Counted from the first letter of the stretch, positions 24,592 through 37,899 are shown. The stretch is DNA of 64,000 nt from Octopus sinensis (GCF_006345805.1 NC_043004.1:31558001-31622000), one strand, 5' to 3'. The notes: generated from the letters alone by a model not told the origin. Translations and numbers: made by a program.

Positions 24592-24853
24592 CATACATAG
24601 ATAGATAAATGCACACTCATACATACATATATGTATATACACATGCGCACACACACCTATAAGTAGAAATGGATGCACTCAGTGCACGATAAATGTACAG
24701 TTCAAGTTGTGGCTCATATTAATAATCGCATTAAATTCCTTCTGTATTATAAAGAGAACATCAATTATGCGAGAAGTAAACACTGGTATGAATTTGATAG
24801 TTCTTTACGTACGTAAAATATGTAATAAAGGAATACCAAGCCCATGTCTGTTT

Positions 24854-24912
<59 letters not shown>

Positions 24913-24916
24913 CTAT

Positions 24917-24946
<30 letters not shown>

Positions 24947-24947
<1 letters not shown>

Positions 24948-26676
24948 CGTGTTTCCCCCAAAATAAGACCTACTCCGAAAATATGCCCTACCATTTTATT
25001 TCAGGATGTTTTTAATAGAAGCCCTACCCCGAAAATAAGACCTAGTCAAAATTGCATCAGCTTGTTAGCAAAACCATGTGATGTTTGCAAAATAAACCAA
25101 TTACCGAGCTTGGTTAAAGTCTGCGCTAAGCGCGCATGCACGGAGTTGTCTGCCTTGGTTTGACTCCTTTTTTCCCCGAGGCAAGATGAGTGCAAAAAGA
25201 AAGAGTTATTCCGTGGAGTACAAGAAAGGGATTGTGGAAGAGTCACATAACAAGAACCTTACGGCTTTCTCTAAGAAGAAGATGGATCTCCGAATGGTTC
25301 GAAAATGGCGAGCAGGGTAGGATAATCTCATCAGACAGGTGGATGAGGGAAGTGCTAAGAAGCGCAAGTGTGGATCAGGTCGACAACCGTTATTTTCGGA
25401 TCTGGAAGTTATTACCTTGGGATGGATTGCTGACATAAGAACAAAGGCTTTGGTTGTACGTAGGGCTGATATTCAAGAATTTGCTCTTGCAATGGCACCA
25501 CAGTTGGATATACCCCCAGAAATATTCAAAGCATCACTTCATTGGTTGGATAACTTCCTTCGGCGATATGAGCTCTCTCTAAGAAGATCGACAGCACTGT
25601 TCTAGCTGGAGGATGCTGAAGTGATTCAACGTGCACCTGCATTCAAGTCCTTCGTTGATGGCATCGAATTTTCTAAATACAATCTATCCAATATAATTGC
25701 TATGGATGAGACTGCAGTATTTATGGGCCAAAGATCTAAAGCGACAATTGAACAGACAGGTGCCTCGTCAATCAACGTTGCCTCAACGGATTAAGAAAGT
25801 GCAAGAGTTACTTGTATTTTAGCAATTTGTCATGCTGGAACAAATCCCCCACCGCTTATCATCACAAATGGCAAAAAAGAGAAAATAGAACGAGTTTCGA
25901 GCATTTATGCTCTTGAAACGGAAAAGGCTTGGTGCACGGAAGAAAATGGGTTGATTTAACTATGTCATTTCTTTTATGTGGTTCTCAAAGAGGTATTTTA
26001 GTCTAGGATTCGGCCAGTACTCATCACGCAAACGATAGGAAAACCTTCCTTTCTGAAAGAAGAATTGACCACATAATGATTCCTACGGGAAAGACTTGAT
26101 ATCTACGAACATTAGATCTTGTAATAAACAAGCTCTTCAAGGATTATTTACGGATGGAAGTGAATGAATATATCGAACACAGAATGGAGAGAAAACAGCG
26201 GGGAAACTTTATCAAACTCAAATTCCAAGAAATTGTGAATTGGGTGAAGAATTCATGGAATAAAATTACCGACAGTTGCGTTGCCAATGCACAACGAGCA
26301 GGATACTTGGACAAAAAGGGTTCATTTAAAGAAAGTTCTATTGCCAAACATGACTGGAGTCCATGATTCTACAGGAAATGGATTTGCAAGAAATTCACTC
26401 TGAAATTCGGAGTTTGATGATTTATGAATGTGTTCCAGAAGAGGACGAAATGTTTGTACTTGACTAAAAACTGTAAGCAAATAAATAAACTTTTGATAAC
26501 TAAAAACATAGATTTCCTTTTTACAATTTTTTTCCTTTTACACGAGGACATGAGACTCTTTTGTTTTTCTTGGATTTGTCCGCAAAAATATAAGACATCC
26601 CCCGAAAATAAGCCATAATGCGTTTTTTGGATGCAAAATTGATATAGGACCGGGTTTTATTTTCGGGGAAGCATGG
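24947..26676 (+). mobile_element. Full-length inactivated pogo-family DNA transposon (DD35D)
   Basis: 24-bp TIRs (CCGTGTTTCCCCCAAAATAAGACC; 20/24 match) with TA on both sides. Transposase from the ATG at 25186 (MSAKRKSYSVEYKK, CENP-B-type HTH, IAMDET, DSASTH...LDL) with stops and frameshifts. Confidence 0.95.
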
Positions 26677-26688
26677 TATATATAATTG

Positions 26689-26754
<66 letters not shown>

Positions 26755-26781
26755 GCGCATGTGTATGTGTGTGTATGTATG

Positions 26782-26910
<129 letters not shown>

Positions 26911-26936
26911 TCTCAACAAACCGAGACTGCGATGTA

Positions 26937-27990
26937 TTGGGTTGGCAACTAAGTTCCCGCCGGTTTTTTTTTAAATTTTTATTTTTAAAAAGTTTTAATA
27001 AAAATAACAACTAATTAATCAATAATGTATTCACCCTTGATGTTTGCAACTTCTTTCCAACGTTCAACAAGATTTTCAATACCTCGTTGGTAGAAATCAC
27101 CCGTTTTCGACTCGAAAAATTGGCCCAACCAATTCTGCATCAGTATTGAACGAAACTCCGCGCATAGCATTTGAAAGACGTGGAAATCCGTTGGTGCCAA
27201 ATCAGGAGAGTACGGTGGATGTGGCCGGGTTGAGTCGTTCCATCTGTTGAACATAGAGTTCCGCGTTGACCGTTTGGTTCCGTTCAAGCAATTCGTAATG
27301 AATAATCCCTTTCCAGTCCCACCATACGCACAACATCGTTTTACGCGATGAAGATTTTGTTTCACGCGCGGTGTCGCTTGCTTACCGGTGCTAAGCCATT
27401 CCTTATGCTGCTTCATATTGATGTACAGGCACCATTTTTTGTCGCCAGTAACGATTCGGTAAAGAAATCGTTGCTTGTGTCCATGAGTTGAGCGGTGATG
27501 AGTAAGGAAACCAGCGGAGATTGTGGCTCGTTGATTTTTGTTGTTGTCATTTAAAGCATGTGGAACCCATGCTTCATACTTCTGAACCTTTCCCATCGAT
27601 TGAAGATGCTTCACTATAGCAGTGTGGGAGCATTTAATTTTCTCTGTCTGTTCCCTTGTGGTTTGACGAGAATTTTCGTGCAAAAGTTGATTTAATCGCT
27701 TTTCATCGAACTCAACTGGACGGCCAGAACGAGGTGCGTCTTTGAGGTCAAAATTTCCATTTTTGAACTTGGCATACCAATCCCGAGCGATTCTGTCAGC
27801 TATGGCATCTCTCCATACACAGCACAAACGTCACGATCAGCTTTTGCGGCCTTAGAACTTTGATTAAAAGCAAAAAGAAGGAGGTGTCGAAAATGCTCGT
27901 TTTTCTTAACTTGACATTCCATTTTAATGATCTGAAAATAAACAAAAATTAACTAAAATTAACTAGAAAAAGAAACACAGTCATGCATTC
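26937..27990 (-). mobile_element. Mariner transposon remnant
   Basis: One TIR (TA|TTGGGTTGGCAACTAAG). Transposase from about 27923 (MECQVKKNEHFRHLLLF, WVPHAL, IVTGDKKW, HPPYSPDLAPTDFH); the second catalytic Asp region is deleted. Confidence 0.93.
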
Positions 27991-28923
27991 CCAGAAACAC
28001 AGTCATGCATCCATTTCTAAAACTATCAAGGTCTCAAAATGATAGATGAGATAAAATTATTGAGATACCGGAGGATCAATGGAGTCAGATCCTTCACTTC
28101 TATACCCAATTCTTTATTGTACATGATCAAACTACTTTTCTTCAGAGCAATCAATATCTCATATCTTTTCTTTTATATTTTATTCGATAACTTTTATAAC
28201 AGGATCGTCCGGAAGAGGTCTCCAGCTACGAACATCATCTCTTTGAATGTAAGACACATGTCGACTAAACTGGCGGAAGTGGAGACTTACATTCGCACAT
28301 ATCAAGTTTAACCTCATGTATTACATAACAAATTCTAGTTTCTCTGAATGCCTCATGCTTCAAGTTGACAGTGTAACCAATTTCACTATGGATTCAGTAT
28401 TAACTGATCTGATTCTACTGTAAATTGTCGATTAATTGACTTCTGTTCCAGTTATTTCTTAGCAAAGTGTCCGCTTTCGTGACGCGTTGAATGCACATCT
28501 AATATTCATTCTACGCACAGAATACAAAAGCTAATAGAAGAAATGGTTTCTTACATACAACTCGGATTTACAGACTAAACCAATCAAATTTGCTACTGTC
28601 GATGCTATAGTGAAAACCTGATGCATAAATACATTATATTGTAAGACAAAGGCCTTTATATAATGTTAATTAAATTCCATCTTAGTTATACCATTTCGGT
28701 ATCTGTCATCAACGCATGTGAAATGGAAGAAAAACTGGCGTGAATACAATTTAATATTACAACCGTGAATCACTATTTGAAAATAGCCGATATAAAGTTT
28801 GGTTGGTTGCTTGCTTGTTTCTCCATTCACGCTTTATATCGCATAGAGAGAGGTGGAAAGCGAGATCATAAAAGAGAGACACAGAGAGAAATAACTGGAA
28901 AGCTGTAGAATGAGTGCACTTAC

Positions 28924-29080
28924 TAGGCGTGGTGGCCGGCAATGAGTCCCCCCCCCACACGCACTGCTGAAGAAAAAGAATCACAGGAATAGAGGAAGGG
29001 AGATGGAAAGGAAGAGGGGAGGGAATAAATGACAGAGTAGCAAAGGGAAGAATCACGCAAATAAAAAAAATTAATTTCAT
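28924..29080 (-). CDS. Candidate upstream (signal peptide / Cys1) exon of the GPCR
   Basis: Strong phase-1 donor CCTA|gtaagt, compatible with the 12127 exon. Open from an ATG at 29080 (MKLIFFICVILPFATLS...QQCVWGGDSLPATTP), or an internal exon from the acceptor at 28966/28963. Could be chance, since the hydrophobic part is a pyrimidine tract. Confidence 0.3.
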
Positions 29081-29522
29081 TTAATTTTATTTTAAAGTAA
29101 TTTTAAAAAAATTTTTATTTTGCTTGTTTCAGTCATTAGACTGTGGCCATACTGGCTTTGATGAATTTTTAATCGAATGAATCGACCCCAATACTTAATT
29201 TTGTTAAGCCTGGTACTTATTCTATCGGTCTTTTTTTTTTTATCAGTGCGCAACTGGTACTTATTTTATTAACCCCGAAAAGATGAAAGGCAAAGTCAAC
29301 CTCAGCGGAATTTGAACTCAGAACATAAAAGACGGCCGAAATGCAGCTAAATATATTTGTGTGGACATGGGGCTTGAGAAGTATGGTAAATAAGGGTTTA
29401 AAACAAGAAAATGAATAAAAGCAAAGTCGCGACAAAATAGATCAACACCAAGAAACTGAGAATCTAGAATTAGAGTAGAAAAACACAAGAATTAATGAAA
29501 CAAGTAAATTAAGAATAAACAA

Positions 29523-29687
29523 GGCGCAGGAGTGGCTGTGTGGTTAGTAGCTTGCTAACCAACCACATGGTTCCGGGTTCAGTCCCACTGCGTGGCATCT
29601 TGGGCAAGTGTCTTCTGCTATAGCCCCGGGCCGACCAATGCCTTGTGAGTGGATTTGGTAGACGGAAACTGAAAGAAGCCTGTCGTA

Positions 29688-29774
<87 letters not shown>

Positions 29775-29983
29775 CTGTGTTTGTCCCCCTAGCATTGCTT
29801 GACAACCGATGCTGGTGTGTTTGCGTCCCCGTCACTTAGCGGTTCGGCAAAGGAGACCGATACAATAAGTACTGGACTTACAAAGAATAAGTCCCGGGGT
29901 CGATTTGCTCGACTAAAGGCGGTGCTCCAGCATGGCCGCAGTCAAATGACTGAAACAAGTAAAAGAGTAAAGAGTAAAGAGTA
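29523..29983 (+). mobile_element. SINE family A, full length
   Basis: A-box TGGCTGTGTGGT, B-box GGGTTCAGTCC, internal (TA)n(TG)n, (AAAGAGT)n tail. Confidence 0.93.
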
Positions 29984-30299
29984 AGCAAAATTAAAAATTG
30001 AAAATAAACACTATATAAAAATTCGATTGGTATTAAAAATTTTAGATTGAGCACACTAACTATACGAGTAATTGACTACAGTTCTAACGTAATACATAGA
30101 AGCTATACACTCATAGTTTTTAACCCTTTGTCTGTCCAAAGCATTTCCGTAAGTTTGCCCTAAACGTCCATTCTTGTTTTCAGACATTTAGTCCTTTTTT
30201 CATACGCTCTGAGTAATATAAATCTTTGTTTTCATAAGCTCTAAGTTACCTTAGTGGTTAAAAGAAAAGTGGAGGCGGTGCAATATGTATCATATATAA

Positions 30300-30893
30300 T
30301 TTATCGACCCCGAAAGGATGAAAAGCAAAGTCGACCTCGGCGGAATTTGAACCCAGAACGTAACAGCATACGAAATACGGCTACGCATCTCGCCCGGCGT
30401 GCTAACGTTTCTTATTTCTTTATTGTCCACAAGGGGCTACACAGAGAGGCGGTGAGCTGGTAGAAACGTTAGCACGCCGGGCGAAATGCTTTGTGGTATT
30501 TCGTCCGCCGTTACGTCCTGAGTTCAAATTCCGCCGAGGTTGACTTTCCCTTTCATCCTTTTAGGGTCGATAAATTAAGTACCAGTTACGCACTGGGTCG
30601 ATGTAATCGACTTAATCCGTTTGTCTGTCCTTGTTTGTCCCATATCTGTGTAGCCCCTTGTGGGCAATAAATAAATAAGAAACGTTAGCATGCCGGGCGA
30701 AATGCGTAGCCGTATTTTGTATGCCGTTACGTTCTGGGTTCAAATTCCGTCGAGGTCGACTTTGCCTTTAATCCTTTCGGGGTCGATAAATTAAGTACCA
30801 GTTACGCACTGGGGTCGATGTAATCAACTTAATCCGTTTGTCTGTCCTTCTTTGTCCCCTCTGTGCTTAGCCCCTTGTGGGTAGTAAAGAAAT
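30300..30893. mobile_element. SINE family B dimers in opposite orientations
   Basis: Minus partial dimer 30300-30447 abuts a plus dimer 30448-30893; both carry the same tail-to-head junction. Confidence 0.88.
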
Positions 30894-32719
30894 ACATATA
30901 TAATGCATTGACTCCAGGAAAATATGTTCTTTGTATCATGTTGTACCCAGGGTAAGCAAACAGTTAAGTCGTCTGGAAAATGATTTATAGTTTATCAGTT
31001 GCAGATGTCGTATCATACAGTAAGGATGTTGTGGCATGTGGACGTATAAAGAGGTATCGAGTAATGTGGCGCAGTTAATTAAGTTCAGAAATTCTATGAG
31101 ATATTAAGGCACGAGAATAAACGGTAAAGAGAATAATAGAAATACTTGTAAGATTCCTCTTCTAAGTAGTGGGACAGTTCTTCTCCTTTCAGTGAATTAA
31201 AATTGTGGTCAAGAAAAATTTCTGACATGATTAAGTATATAACTCCCTAAATATACTGTCGACGGGGGGCGAGGGGGTATTTACAACACCACAAAGGTAG
31301 AAGTGGATACATAAATAATTAGTATTGAAAATATGACGACTAAAAAGGCACGTTCGGTAGAGCTAAAAAGGTATCAAGTACAAATGAAAGGTTATTTTAA
31401 CAAATTCATTTCAGAACACAGAGAAAAATATGTTTGCATAAGTGCGGCTGTTATTAAGAAGCTCGCTTTACAACATTATGGTTTTGGGTTCAGTCCCACT
31501 ACACGGCACCTTGTGCAAATGTCGTCTATTATTGCCATAGGCTTGACAGATGTCTTGTGAGTGAATTTCGTAGACTGAAATTGCGCGGAAGTACGTCGTG
31601 TGTGTGTGTTTGTGTGTCCTCTCCACTACTTGACAACCAACCAAATTTCACACACAATGGTCGACCCGAGAATATGGCAAAAGACATTTGCTCAGAGACT
31701 GTGCTGTAAAGTTGAACCTGGAGCCACATATTTGAAAAGTAACCTTAACGAAACGATTAGCATTGTAAATGTATGCATTTTTTTTAATACCCTGAACCTA
31801 AGGAACTGCATTTGGAAACATTCAACATTCAGGCCTGAATGCTGGTTGACTCGTCCAAGTAAGAATAAAAGGTTTTATTACATGGCGCTGAGAAGCCCCC
31901 AGAATTAATTCTAGAAATAATACGAAATGTTATACAATTAATTGCCAGTAGCTTTCTTAAGCAACAGAATTTCTTTGAGTGTCCTATCAAAATATATTTT
32001 CAAAAGAAAAAATATTTATTACTTTAAAATAAAATAAAATAAAACAAATTTCTCATTTGTAAAACTCCTCTCACATTTAATCTGTCATCTACTCTCTTCC
32101 TCTGTATGATTGTGTGTGTGTGTGTGTGTTGCGTCCATTTACTCATTACTTGTCACAGAGCTTCGTATGTTAATTCACTCGGTATCTCTCTTTATTCCCA
32201 TTCTCGCCTCTCTATACAATGTAAACCAACATTTATAACAGCTTTTATTAAATCGAGATATTGCAGTTGATTGGAAGGATCGTTAAAGCGCGGGATATAA
32301 TGTTTTGCGATATTTAGTGAAGGCCCTTTACATCTGAGTTCAATTTCCACCAAGGTCAACTTTGCCTTTTATCTTTCCTCTCCTCAAAATGGATGGCTCC
32401 GTGTCAATACTAGAACTCAATAATCTCGATCTCAGAGGAAAGCATTTAATTGAACACATGTTTGGATAGGTTTTAACTCACTGGGGCAGTTACAAATTTA
32501 ACCCTAACTTGTGACACGCAAGTGAGATTGAATAATTCCAAAAGAGTTGGTTACTAACTATAAGCAGCATCATTTACACAAAAAATACCAACCGACACTC
32601 GGGAGTGTTTCAGAACAAATACTCGAAGTATCTACTCTTTTGCAGTAGGAGGAAAAGATTGGAAAGGCTTATACCATCTCGAGACTGGCATTGTACTTGG
32701 TTTAATTACTTTATCGATT

Positions 32720-33340
32720 TAATGTGGAAGAAGATGTTGTGTTCATGGCTTATTCTGGTGAGATTGATATGGTTAATGTTGCTCTTGAACTGTTGAAGGT
32801 TGAAGGTAGTGAGGGAAAATATGGATAAGGAGGAAATTTCAAAGGGATGATGTTTTGGTGAGGAAGAGTAAGATGTAGTGGTCATTGTGAGGAATAGGTA
32901 TATGGTGGGAAGACTACGTTTGACGAGAAGAGACGAGTGAGTCAGAAGTGCTTGATGGGTTGCACTAGAGCAGTGCTGTAGAGGTATAAAAAGACAGAGA
33001 GAGGACAGAGCACTGCGGGACTGAATGTTGGACTGTGTCCGTGAGTGACTTCATGACAATCAGTCGAGTGGGATTGCAGAGAGGGATCCTCAGTGATTGT
33101 AATTCTTAGCATTTGTCGCAGCCTTGAGGGTTCCAGTTATGTGTTGCTCGTATTTAAATGGTTTATACGATATTATTTTCTAGATCAGTGTAGTGATTGC
33201 TTCTGGGGCTGTTGTGGGAGATAATTTTTGTATGACACAATTGAAGATTATTTCCGTGGATGGAGTGAGAGGCGATTTGATGCAAAGTGAACAGAGCAGG
33301 ATTCGGCGAAGTGAGTCTCAGTGGCTATACAAAGGGTCGA
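32720..33340 (-). mobile_element. CR1-like LINE 3' fragment, degenerate
   Basis: Minus-strand remnants resembling the CR1 post-RT region (SLFLYL...TRLFSS); many stops. Confidence 0.5.
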
Positions 33341-33899
33341 TAAAAACCTGAAACGATTTTAAGTATTAAGGGTGCTAAATTATTAAGCGAACTAAATGTG
33401 GAAGAGAATAGTAATTTAAGACTAAAACTCACTAGTTTCCAACCAAACATCGATGCAATGATTAGTATTCACCAACTACATATTTCTCAATAAATATTCC
33501 GATAATATCAATATAATATGACTGAAATTCTATTGTTATTTACGAATTTCGCTAAGTATTTTCATTAAATCTCCTTTGATATTTCTAATTAAAAAGCGGC
33601 AACGGCACAAAAGAACGAAGGAGTTATTGTTTATAAATCAATTTTTTTAAATTAATTACATTTTTTAATTTTGCATCAGAATTTTGTATGATAGGGTTCG
33701 ATAAGTTATCAACAATTCAATGGTGGTGGTTAATGATAAAAGAAGTTTGCTGACCTCTGCTCTACATTATGTGTTGATGACACATACAGTTAGCTGACCG
33801 AAAGTGTCCCTTACTTTTCCTTTGTATAGTCTCAATTAACATTAGGCCTGTACAAACTGGTAAATATAGGTCCCAAAAATTCATGGAGGTTTCCATCAT

Positions 33900-35060
33900 A
33901 GAGAGACCGTCATTGTTTCCAAACGTATTTGCTGTCTTTTTTTATTTCTATCTTTTCTTTGGATTAGCAAAGCATCCAGTCTAATCTGACGTGCAAATCT
34001 CTAAGCAAAACTGCCTGCTTGCAGGCATCATCCATCTCTCACCTCTTGAGTTGGTGGATTCCTATCAGATCATACCATAGCGGTGTATGCTGATCCATTT
34101 TCTATTATCTTTGGCGTGTCCCACTGTTCACTTTTGTCCCCTACACAATCCTCCGTCATACACGTCAATAACCTACTTACCTTCAGTCCAGCCACTCACG
34201 ATCTCTTCACTCCTCCCTTACCTTCCTCCCTCAAGTGTCATCCCTTGCAACCAAGATACCTCCCGCTAAATCTACCCTGACGCTTTGAGACCTCGAAAAT
34301 ATCCACCGATAGAGTCATGCAAAATTTGTCTCTTTCAACCGCACTAAAGACCATAATCACTACGCATACCAAGAAATCATTACCAAACCTCACCTTACTA
34401 GATATGAACAAATCTAGAACTCTCAACTGATCAAGAGTCTTTGAGCGATCTGGAGTCCTCAACAGATATAGAGCTCTCAAAAAGATATAGAGCTCCCAAA
34501 AGATCTAGAGCCCTCAAAGTTACAACAGATGTTAAGACTTATCACCGGAGAGGATCTCTCTTGGCAGCTATACTTTCTTTATACAATAAAGACTGCACCT
34601 CAGAGATTGTCCTTTCTCTTCAGGACCAGAAAATATTTCAGCTCCTAACAAATATTAACATTGTAAGAAGTTCAGGTGAGATCATAGTAATGTTCTCTTC
34701 TCATTTCCGGGACGCTGATGCACAATAAACTACCCTAGACCTCAACCAAATAAAGGCCTAATCATTAATTGACACGAAGTTGCTCATAAACACACAACAA
34801 TATCTGACTCACAGATGTGCTGTCTCCTCTCTTTGTATTTTCTGTCTTTTCTACTTTTGCTAAACTGGTCATCTCTTCTGTGATCTGGTTGGTCTCTTGT
34901 CACTCAAGCACTTACGATTCACTCGTCTGCCCTCGTCACCCATACTGTATCTGTCCTAAATCCTACACTAACCACTACACCCAATCAACCCTCCCCAGAA
35001 CGTCTACACACTAGAATTCCCTCCCTGTAACTGTTCAAGTGGAACGTTAGCAGTATCATT
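33900..35060 (+). mobile_element. CR1-like LINE fragment, degenerate
   Basis: SLLSPTQSSVIHVNNLL resembles GSLLSPTLFxIHINDLL; the 3' part resembles the 32720 element. Confidence 0.5.
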
Positions 35061-35129
35061 GACACCAGTTTCAGAAATTCTGTCAAGGCGATGGGCACGA
35101 GGAATTTTTCATCCAGGTGAAATTCAGGA

Positions 35130-35900
35130 CAGACTCAAATTTGGGTACAAAACCAACAGTTTCAAAGAGAAAGGGCTAGTCGATTGCATTGACCCAAGTA
35201 ATTGACAAACTTTATTTTACCCAGTCTGGAGAAATGAAAGGTATTGCTGAGCTCTGCAAGATGTGAACTCAGAACGTAAATTGTTGCAACAAATATCGCG
35301 AGGCATTTTTACCAATGCGCTAACGAGTCTGCCAATCCACCATCCTGATCAAACTAATTATGGTTTTCTAATTTAGATACAAAACTGGCAGTTTTCAGGG
35401 GACAGGGTTCGTCAATATAATCGAACCGAGTACTTGATTGGTAATTGTTTTATCGATCCTCGAAAGAATGGAAGACAAAGTTCATTTTGGTGGGCTTTGT
35501 CTGGTCCAAACTAATAATTCTTTATATAGCAAGGGGCAAGTTGATTATTACAAACCCAATACTTGACTGGAACTTCAATTTATCAACCCTGGAAGGAGAA
35601 AAAGCAAAGTATACTTCGGCGACTTTAACACAGAAGATAAAGAGAGAGGCACGAAACATCTAAAGCATCTGATTCAGCGCAATAACGATTCTGTCAGCTC
35701 ACCGCCTTACTGTTGGCACATGACCAACGATTTCGGGGTAAGTCGATTACATCGACTGCTCAAGTGGTACTTATTTTATCGACACCGAAAGGATGAAAGG
35801 CAAAGTCGACCTCAGCGGAATTTGAACTCAGAACATAAAAGATGGACGAAATGCCGCTAAGTAGTTTGCCTGGTGCGTTGAAATTACTGCCAGTTCATTT
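35130..35900 (-). mobile_element. Cluster of about four degenerate SINE B copies
   Basis: Repeated reverse-complement central blocks (ACTTATTTTATCGAC.CC.GAAAGGATGAAAGGCAAAGTCGAC). Confidence 0.75.
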
Positions 35901-36155
35901 ATAAAAAGTGTGTTCAATAAGCCGCTATAGAGAAACAAGCCTTGTATCTTTCAAATTCCGGCAAAGCACTGTACAATTAAGCTCAGCGATCTTTGACACT
36001 AGCCTAACTAAAAAAAAAAAAAAATTTTTTAAACTGGTATTGATTACATTAACACTACTGCCCCCCGCCCCTACTACTACACACACACACACACACACAT
36101 CTCACACAATGGCTGTTAAACTTCCTCAAGAGAAAACAACATTACACACAAGGAA

Positions 36156-36620
36156 GGCGGCGAGCTGGCAGAAACGTTAGCGCGCCGGGCGAAATGCTTA
36201 GCAGTATTTCGTCTGCCGCTACGTTCTGATTTCAAATTCCGCCGAGGTCGACTTTGCCTTTCATCCTTTCGAGGTCGATTAAATAAGTACCAGTTACGCA
36301 CTGGGGTCGATATAATCGACTTAATCCGTGTGTCTCTCCTTGTTTGTCCTCTCTGTGTTTAGCCCCTTGTGGGTAGTAAAGAAACAGGTATTTCGTCTGC
36401 CGTTACGTTCTGAGTTCAAATTCCGCCGAGGTTGACTTTGCTTTTCACCCTTTCGGGGGTTGATTAAATAATTACCAGTTACGCACAGGGGTCGATATAA
36501 TCGACTTAATCCGTGTGTCTGTCCTTGTTTTTCCCCTTTGTGTTTAGCCCCTGAGATCAATCTAATCGATGGACCCCTCCCCCAAAATTTCGGGCCCTTG
36601 CGCCTAGAGTAGAAAAGAAT
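36156..36620 (+). mobile_element. SINE family B multimer
   Basis: Full monomer, a 5'-truncated second monomer, then the alternative short tail. Confidence 0.88.
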
Positions 36621-37708
36621 ATTACACTCAAGAAAAAAACGCCTGTCTTGTTTACAGGGGACGTGGGTTCGAGTCCCACGGATAGATTTCGACATTTTCT
36701 ACCCAAAGATTTTTTAGCTCAACATTTACATGCTATTATTTGTAACTTTATCTGCTTCAAGATTCACCGTTCCAAAAAGGATTATAAATATATTTTTCAT
36801 ACTTTTGAAGGGATGCGAGTGGGGAAAATATATTTATTTTTCTATATTTGGTTTACTTCAGAATATTTGTCAAGTGTGAGATATGAATAGGAGAAAATGA
36901 GAGAAAGAGAGAGAAAAAGAGGGGGTAACTGTTTGAAGGAAGATATATGACCAATCCAGTCCTTAGTACGAAGTTCCATTCTTCATATTTATTTGGCTTT
37001 ACTCTCTTTGCATTTTGCTTCTTTTTCTTAAACGTTTACACGTCCGTAAAGACCACTATGGAAACAAGTATACAACCATTTAGAAGTAAACCGTAAGTCC
37101 ATTATACAAAGTTCTTGATGGTCAAGGATCATATATATTTGATAGCACAGGGTGCAGTGTCACATTCTTGACATCTTTCATACATTTTCTAAACAATCCA
37201 ACCGGTTTTGATATGAATGAAAGTATGTTGACTATGGTGGTGATGATGACAAAGGCGACGACAATGATGATGATGATGATGATGATGATAATGACGGTGA
37301 CGACGATGACGACGATAATGATAACTGCAGGAGAAATTAGCAAAATGACCATGTGCAGTGAGTGTATTGTTGCAAACAAAATAATTAGTATAAACAGCAA
37401 TGCGTTTAAGGCTTACACAGGAAATTGATTTCTTTTAGCTACTTTTCAAAGATTTCTTCACTTGTGTGAACAAAGAAATTGTTGTTGTTATTGTTGCTGT
37501 TGTTTATCTTTATTTGATGTATTTTATTTAAAAGTTTGCTTTAAAAAATGTTTAATTTTCTACATTGGCGTAGTTGGGAGATTACAGAATATTTTAGACA
37601 TATAAATTGCTTTCATCCTTCTTAAAGATCAGTTTACAGACACACATCAAATTACAATTTCTCCTGAATACACACAAATGCGTACACGCGCACGCATGCA
37701 CACACACG

Positions 37709-37763
<55 letters not shown>

Positions 37764-37899
37764 TTTAATGCTTGCTTTAAAATCAAGTTATTTGAAAACA
37801 ATTTAACATTAAACTGAAGGAATTTTTCATACTATTTGTAAACTTCGAAGTCACTCTCAACCTTTGCCTTTGTAAAAGTTTAATATTTGTATGTACAGG

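Noticed and set aside
28203-28248. Plus-strand exon-like segment (AG...GTAAGA) encoding DRPEEVSSYEHHLFE or IVRKRSPATNIISLN
   Set aside because: Isolated, with no family similarity or compatible neighbours.
36638-36683. tRNA-Thr-like anticodon arm plus T-arm
   Set aside because: No 5' half or acceptor stem; a SINE or tRNA fragment, not a tRNA gene.
37122-37400. Minus ORF ending RKCMKDVKNVTLHP, resembling a class B Cys1 region
   Set aside because: It ends in a stop with no GT donor, and most of the ORF is a trinucleotide repeat.
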